Assembly (NCBI GenBank): GCA_045592745.1
Contig: JAZNVH010000009.1
Coordinates: 19-64,018, forward strand
Direction of reading: 5' to 3'
Length of the DNA stretch: 64,000 bases
Source: Candidatus Aphodoplasma sp.
GTDB lineage: Bacteria; Bacillota; Clostridia; UBA1381; UMGS1253
Under the pieces are notes generated by a model. The model did not search any database, was not told the origin of the DNA, and worked only from the letters and a program-made list of their open reading frames with translations. A program made the translations under genes and the position numbers. Shown here piece after piece: positions 58,635 through 64,000 of this stretch. The first letter of the stretch is position 1. Every line of letters starts with the position of its first letter.

Positions 58635-58709
58635 AGTATAGTGTACTTTTTGCCATATTGTCAATAGGTATTGACAAAATCAGAAATTTGTGCTGCTATA
58701 ACGTTATAG
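58635..58709. promoter_or_regulatory. Divergent promoter region with LacI-type operator
   Basis: Back-to-back TTGACA elements (TTGTCAATA-GG-TATTGACAA, 58658-58677); perfect palindrome CTATAACGTTATAG with central CG at 58696-58709. Confidence 0.7.
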
Positions 58710-58760
58710 TTAATGGGTAGTTAATACTGATAATTTTTGACTGAAAGGATGCGTGTAAAA

Positions 58761-59573
58761 ATGGAAAAAGATATTTTGTTTGGAATTTGTGCGGATTTGC
58801 ATCAGACAATGGAAAAGGATGTTTCGGGCAGAGTTAAGGCTTTTGTAGATGAAGCCCGTGAGCGTAATGCTGATTTTATTATTCAGCTTGGCGATTTTGT
58901 GCTTCCGGATGCAGCGGGACAAAAGGCGCTTGATGAGTGGAACAAATTCAACGGCCCTCGTTATCATGTGCTTGGCAATCACGATACTGAGCACGGCGGC
59001 AAAAAAGAGGTTATGGCTTTTCAGGGACAGAAGGAAAAATATTACAGCTTTGATATGGGCGACTATCATTTTATAGTGCTTGATACAAACTACTCAAAGG
59101 TGGGCAGTGAATACATAGATTACGGCGGAGATAACTATCATAAGGACTTCTTTAACTGTTATATTCCTGATTTTGAGCTTGAATGGCTTGCAAAGGATTT
59201 GGATTCAACAGACAAACGCTGTTTTATTTTTACTCATGCGACACTTGCTCTTGGTGACTGGACAATTTATAACATTCACGATTTTCAGGATGTAATATGG
59301 CTTGCGAACGAAAAGGCGGGCTTCAATAAGGTTACGATGTGCTTTTCGGGACACGACCATGCAGATGCCCATATGTTCAAGGGCGGCGTATACTATGTTT
59401 TGATAAACAGTATAACTCACAAATATATTGGACCTAAGTATACAAAATATTCTTCACATTCAGCCGAGGTTGAAAAAGAGTACGGACAGCTCGATTTTAT
59501 TGTTCCGTACAAAGACCCGATTTATGCTTTTGTAAGAATCAAGAAGAACGGACGAGGTTGCGCTTCAGAATAA
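58761..59573 (+). CDS. Calcineurin-like metallophosphoesterase, C-terminus probably truncated by a deletion
   Basis: ADLH, LGDF, LGNHD and FSGHDH motifs; the last codons overlap, out of frame, an isomerase fragment starting at 59551. Confidence 0.8.
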   Translation: MEKDILFGICADLHQTMEKDVSGRVKAFVDEARERNADFIIQLGDFVLPDAAGQKALDEWNKFNGPRYHVLGNHDTEHGGKKEVMAFQGQKEKYYSFDMGDYHFIVLDTNYSKVGSEYIDYGGDNYHKDFFNCYIPDFELEWLAKDLDSTDKRCFIFTHATLALGDWTIYNIHDFQDVIWLANEKAGFNKVTMCFSGHDHADAHMFKGGVYYVLINSITHKYIGPKYTKYSSHSAEVEKEYGQLDFIVPYKDPIYAFVRIKKNGRGCASE

Positions 59574-60378
59574 GAGAATCAATGTGGAAACAGTGGATTT
59601 GTCATATGTGTTTAATCTCATGGATAATGCAGACGAAAAAGCGCTTTTGGAAAAGAAAGAGTATTATAAAGGCATTACAAAGTTTGCAGGCTATCCCGAA
59701 GAAAAGCTTACAAACCTTGCAAGATTTGGTGTTGCGATAGACATACTTGTTGACGAGCTTAGCCTTAATGCACTTGCAATAAGATGCTGAGATGAGTTTG
59801 TTACAAAGTATGGTATAGCACCTTGCCTTGTACTAAGCGACCTTAATGAAAAAGGAATTCCGTCTGCGTGTGAACTTGATGTAAACAACGCAGTAATGAT
59901 GCTTGCGCTACAGCTTGCATCGAATAAGCCGGTAATGCTTCTTGACGTTAACAACAACTACGGAAACGAAGATACAAAAAATATTATGTTCCACTGCTCT
60001 GCAATACCGAATTCCTTCTTCGAAGGTGAAACATGTGTAAGTGAGCATTTGATGTTTAAAAAGACATACGGTGACATGACAGGTGTTGGTATTGTTAACG
60101 GCAAGGTTAAAAGCGTTGTAGCAACAGTTGCTACAACAAAGACTGAGGACGGTCAGGTTTGGGGCTTTACAACAGACGGTAAGCTTACAGATGACAGCTT
60201 TGATAAAGAATTCTTTGGTGTTGGCGTAGTTTTTGAAAATGCAAAGCTTGAAGAAATTTTCAGATATATGTGCGAAAACGGCTATAAGCACCATGTTGCG
60301 ATAGCACAGGGTGACTGGTCTGAAAGTGTAAAGGAAGCTTTGGTAAAATATTTGGGGTATAATATTGATATTCTATAA
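59551..60378 (+). pseudogene. L-fucose/L-arabinose isomerase-like family, C-terminal half only, with internal TGA
   Basis: Single frame DEVALQNKRINVETVDLS...ALAIRC*DEFVTKYGIAPC...SACELDV...FHCS...GYKHHVA; TGA at 59788-59790 where RCW is expected; no start or RBS. Confidence 0.8.
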
Positions 60379-60410
60379 AAAAAGTTGTATAATGTGAGGA
60401 GGAAATTGTA

Positions 60411-61295
60411 ATGAACAAATTAGGTATTTTTATGAATTTCTGGGAGAAAAACTGGGATGCAGACCACGCAAAGTACATAAAAAAGGCAAAGGAAATCGGT
60501 TTTGATGTACTTGAGTTTCAGGCACAGCCACTTCTTGAAATGTCGGATGATAAAATCCGTTCTTTAAAGGCACTTGCTGATGAAGTTGGAATCGAACTTA
60601 CATACAGTCTTGGTCTTGACAGAGCATACGATGTTTCTTCTCTTGATGAAAGTATAAGACTTGGCGGTGTAAAATACCTCCAGAATATTGTAAAAAAGAT
60701 GCACGTAGGTGGCGGTACACTTCTTTCGGGTGTTAGCTATGCAGGCTGGGGAACACCTGATAATTTCCTTGGCGACAAGCGTCCTTATTGGGAGAAGAGT
60801 ATTGAAAGTATGCGTGAAATCATAAAGGTTGCAGAGGATTGCGGCGTAACTTATTGTGTTGAAGTGGTAAACCGTTTTGAAACCTGTCTTATAAATACAG
60901 CGCGTGAGGCACTTGATTATGTTGCTGAAATCGACAGCCCCAACATTGGCGTTTTGCTTGATACATATCATATGAATATCGAGGAAAATTCAATCGGTGA
61001 TGCGATAAGACTTGTAGGAAATAAGCTCACAAGCTTCCATACAGGTGAAAACAACCGTACTGCTCCCGGCAGAGGACATCTTGACTGGGATGAAATCTTT
61101 GGTGCACTTTCTGATATTAACTATAAGGGTAGAATTGTATCAGAGCCGTTTGTAATGGAAGGCGGAGAAGTAGGACGTGACATTCACGTATATCGTAACC
61201 TTGTAGAAAATCCCTGCGAGGAAACAATCGACAAGGAAGCTAAGTATCTTCTCGATTTTGAAAAGGCAATGCTTAAAAAATATAATATGGCATAA
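60411..61295 (+). CDS. Ketose 3-epimerase (D-tagatose/D-psicose 3-epimerase family)
   Basis: EVVNRFE, LDTYHMNIEE, HTGENNRTAPGRG and SEPF metal/catalytic motifs; GAGGAGG RBS. Confidence 0.88.
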   Translation: MNKLGIFMNFWEKNWDADHAKYIKKAKEIGFDVLEFQAQPLLEMSDDKIRSLKALADEVGIELTYSLGLDRAYDVSSLDESIRLGGVKYLQNIVKKMHVGGGTLLSGVSYAGWGTPDNFLGDKRPYWEKSIESMREIIKVAEDCGVTYCVEVVNRFETCLINTAREALDYVAEIDSPNIGVLLDTYHMNIEENSIGDAIRLVGNKLTSFHTGENNRTAPGRGHLDWDEIFGALSDINYKGRIVSEPFVMEGGEVGRDIHVYRNLVENPCEETIDKEAKYLLDFEKAMLKKYNMA

Positions 61296-61301
61296 GTATA
61301 T

Positions 61302-62516
61302 CCAAAAAAGCTTGATTTGGCATGGAAAAGTATCGAACCAAATGAAGTGGGTATAGACGAGTTTCAACAGTGGGCAAAAAAGGCGAAAACAAGCGTTATG
61401 ATGACGGTAAACCTTGGCACACGTGGTGCAGATGAGGCGAGAAACTGTCTTGAATACTGTAACCTTGATACTCCGACGTACTATGCCGATATGCGCCGCA
61501 AAAATGGTTTTGACAAGCCGTTCAAATTCAAAACCTGGTGTCTTGGAAATGAGATGGGCGGTATCGCGCAGATGTGCCGTAAAACTCCCGAGGAGTACGG
61601 AAGACTTGCTGCTGAAACGGGAAAAATGATGAAATGGCTTGACCCTGACATCGAGCTTGTTGCATGTGGAAGTTCGCATAGAAATATGCCGCGTTTTGGC
61701 GAATGGGAAATGGTGGTTTTGGCGCATACGTATGATATTGTAGATTATATATCGATTCATCAGTATTATAGTCCTGCGTCAAATGAGCCGGCAGATTTTC
61801 TGGCAAAATCGGCAGATATGGACTCGTATATAAAATCCGTCGTAGCTATATGCGATGCGACAAAGGAAATGCAAAAATCTGACAAAACAATGTATTTGTC
61901 TTTTGATGAGTGGAATGTATTTCCGCAGGATTTGGACCAGTACGGTAATGGCAAATGGGATTGCGGAGCAGCACGTTTTGAGGGTACGTATACATTTGCG
62001 GACGCGCTTGTTGTAGGTGCTATGATGATGACTCTTCAAAATAACGCTGACAGAGTAAAAATTGCATGTCTTGCACAGCTTGTAAATGCCATAGCACCGA
62101 TTATGACTGATGAAAATACCGGTAAAATATGGCTTCAAACTATATTTTATCCGTTTATGTATGCGTCAAAGTACGGAAGAGGCACAGCAATGCGTCCTGT
62201 AGTAGAATGTGACACATATTCAACCGAAAAACACAAAGACGTACCGTGTCTTGAAACCTCGGTTATTCATAACGAAGGTGAGCGTGAGATTGTAGTATTT
62301 GCGCTTAATCGTTCGCTTGATGAGGACATGCAGCTTGAGCCGATTTTTGAAAACTTTGGTGAGTGCACGCTAAAAGAGCATGTTGAGTTGTATGCAGATG
62401 ATTTGTATGTAAAAAACAGCGCCGAAAAAGAGGTTGTTACTCCAAAAAGTGTTGATTTGAAAGAAAAAATCGTACTCAAAAAGCATTCGTGGAATATGCT
62501 GCGTTTTTCATATTGA
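61302..62516 (+). pseudogene. GH51 alpha-L-arabinofuranosidase-like, N-terminally truncated
   Basis: Begins mid-domain at PKKLDLAWKSIEPNEVG two codons after the epimerase stop; keeps VNLGTRG, WCLGNE, FDEWN and AQLVN; lacks the N-terminal RxPGG region and an RBS. Confidence 0.8.
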
Positions 62517-62557
62517 TAGAATTCGCAGTTAAAATATAAGAATAAAGGAGAAAAATT

Positions 62558-63583
62558 ATGTCAGTAAGCAAAATCAAATTTGGGCAGATAGAAGGCAAGG
62601 ATGTATACGCATATACTCTTTGCGGAAAGGGTGGATTGTGCGCTACAATACTTACATACGGTGGCATAATCCAGAAACTTATATATAAAGGCGTGGATGT
62701 TGTTTTAGGGCGTGATACTCTTGAGGAGTATTTAAACAATGAAGGATATTTTGGCGCTTTAATAGGCAGAAATTCCAATCGCATAAGAAATGCAACTTTT
62801 ACACTCGGAGAAAAAACATATACTCTTGCCCAAAATGACGGAAAGAGTAACCTTCACGGAGGTATTGTGGGTTTTGATAAGAAAATATGGGAAGCGCAGG
62901 TTTTTGATGAAGAAGAGCCAAAACTCATGCTTTCACTTACAAGTCCTGATGGTGAAGAAGGTTTTCCGGGTACCGTAAAGGTGCAGGTAACCTATTGTAT
63001 TAAAAATGACAACAGTATACAAATTCATTATACAGGCGAAAGTGATCAGGATACTGTATTGAATATGACAAATCATTCATACTTTAATATGAATGGTCAT
63101 GACGCAGGAACGGTAGAGAAGCACTCTTTGTACCTTGCAAGTGATTTTTATACACCCAACACAGATGAATGTGTTCCAACAGGTGAGGTGCTAAGCGTAA
63201 AGGGGACGCCGTTTGATTTTAGTACGCCCGAAACTTTGGGAGAAAGATTTTCTTCTTCGCATGAACAGATTAGAAAATTTGGAGGCTTTGACCATAATTT
63301 TGTACTCAAAGGACGAGGCTTTCGTGAGGTAGGCAGCTTTACGGGTGATAAAAGCGGTATTACAATGAAAATGTATACAGATCAGATGGGAATTCAGTTT
63401 TATTCGGGAAATATGATTGAAAAGAACAGGGTATGCAAGGGTGGAGCGGTTTATACCACATATTCTGCTGTTTGCTTTGAAACACAGGCATTTCCAAATG
63501 CTATTGAGTTTTCACATTTCCCCGGAGTGATACTTAAAAAAGGTGAAAAATACGAAACTGTTACGGCCTATAAATTTATTTAA
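62558..63583 (+). CDS. galM: Aldose 1-epimerase (galactose mutarotase)
   Basis: GRNSNRI, NLHGG, EEGFPG, NMTNHSYFN, FDHNF and CFETQ motifs. Confidence 0.93.
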   Translation: MSVSKIKFGQIEGKDVYAYTLCGKGGLCATILTYGGIIQKLIYKGVDVVLGRDTLEEYLNNEGYFGALIGRNSNRIRNATFTLGEKTYTLAQNDGKSNLHGGIVGFDKKIWEAQVFDEEEPKLMLSLTSPDGEEGFPGTVKVQVTYCIKNDNSIQIHYTGESDQDTVLNMTNHSYFNMNGHDAGTVEKHSLYLASDFYTPNTDECVPTGEVLSVKGTPFDFSTPETLGERFSSSHEQIRKFGGFDHNFVLKGRGFREVGSFTGDKSGITMKMYTDQMGIQFYSGNMIEKNRVCKGGAVYTTYSAVCFETQAFPNAIEFSHFPGVILKKGEKYETVTAYKFI

Positions 63584-63781
63584 AATGATTTGTTTTAATG
63601 CATTGATTTCGCACTGTGTGGATCTATAATTTTGATCAAAAGCCTATAAGATTTGTTAATTTGCATGAGAGAATGCCGTTTTTTTATAAAAAATTCTTAA
63701 GGTGAGACTTCAGTTTTTCAGTGTAAAAGATGTAATGGCAAATGATTATGAAAGTATAATTTTATAATGCAATAAAATGAC

Positions 63782-63813
63782 AGCCCCCATGCTATGTGCA
63801 TCGGGGCTTTTTT
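63782..63813. terminator. Stem-loop terminator abutting the tRNA fragment
   Basis: AGCCCCCATGC-TATGT-GCATCGGGGCT followed by TTTTT. Confidence 0.7.
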
Positions 63814-63836
63814 GGTGCAGGTAACAGGACTGTTAC
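63813..63836 (-). mobile_element. Attachment site: 3' fragment of a tRNA (Leu-like) marking the edge of an integrated element
   Basis: Minus strand reads AGTCCTGTTACCTGCACCA (3' half of T-arm, acceptor strand and CCA) with no rest of the tRNA; dyad GTAACAG-GA-CTGTTAC at 63821-63836. Confidence 0.7.
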
Positions 63837-63893
63837 TCTTTTTAAGGGAGTGGCCCTCATTGCACCTTATATCCTGCAAACTTTTGATTCTTA

Positions 63894-64000
63894 TTAACTT
63901 GCATCCTTAGTATAACACAAATCATCTAAGATTTCAACAGTTCCAACGAACTTATAATAAATATTTATATCCTGATAAGTTTCGCCTTGATATTCGTACT
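63894..64000 (-). CDS. C-terminus of a probable large serine recombinase (DUF4368-type tail), partial
   Basis: Minus-strand frame YEYQGETYQDINIYYKFVGTVEILDDLCYTKDAS*; QxIxIYYxFVG matches the C-terminal motif of TndX/TnpX-like recombinases; ends about 60 bp from the att site. Confidence 0.6.
   Translation of the reverse strand, partial: YEYQGETYQDINIYYKFVGTVEILDDLCYTKDAS

Noticed and set aside
59788-59790. In-frame TGA as selenocysteine or an alternative genetic code
   Set aside because: The position corresponds to Trp (a single TGG-to-TGA change), the gene is already 5'-deleted, and TGA is a normal stop in yycJ, ribU, fabD and others.
63813-63831. Complete tRNA gene
   Set aside because: Only 19 nt of the 3' end are present; no anticodon or D arm, so it is treated as an att remnant.

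Overview
Low-GC Firmicutes (Clostridia-like, inferred from gene content and RBS/promoter style) chromosomal window. (1) 1-7.8 kb: the right end of a compact short-tailed (podovirus-like) virion module with capsid, adaptor, tail tubular/stabilisation protein, variable fibre-like genes, amidase, a putative ejection protein and holin. It ends at a terminator and runs straight into murA, with no integrase, replication genes or recognisable att repeat on this side, so it may be a domesticated or GTA-like element. (2) 8-18 kb: housekeeping genes (murA, yycJ-like, rlmH, ABC exporter, CIRCE-controlled htpG-nfo, FMN riboswitch-ribU, DUF368, secG). (3) 18-31 kb: a glycyl-radical bacterial microcompartment locus of the fucose/rhamnose (GRM5-type) class. 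(4) 31-51 kb: amino-acid ABC transporter, rsuA-like, feoAB, trkAH, galE, the fapR-plsX-fab cluster, rnc and an Elp3-like radical SAM gene. (5) 51-63.6 kb: accessory sugar region (AraC/GH2, stand-alone rlmN-like gene, LacI locus with a ketose 3-epimerase) eroded by two internal deletions and a nonsense mutation. (6) The last 200 bp hold the edge of an integrated element: a tRNA-Leu-like 3' fragment with a dyad around a GA core, next to the C-terminus of a probable large serine recombinase. All calls come from reading motifs by eye; no database searches were run.
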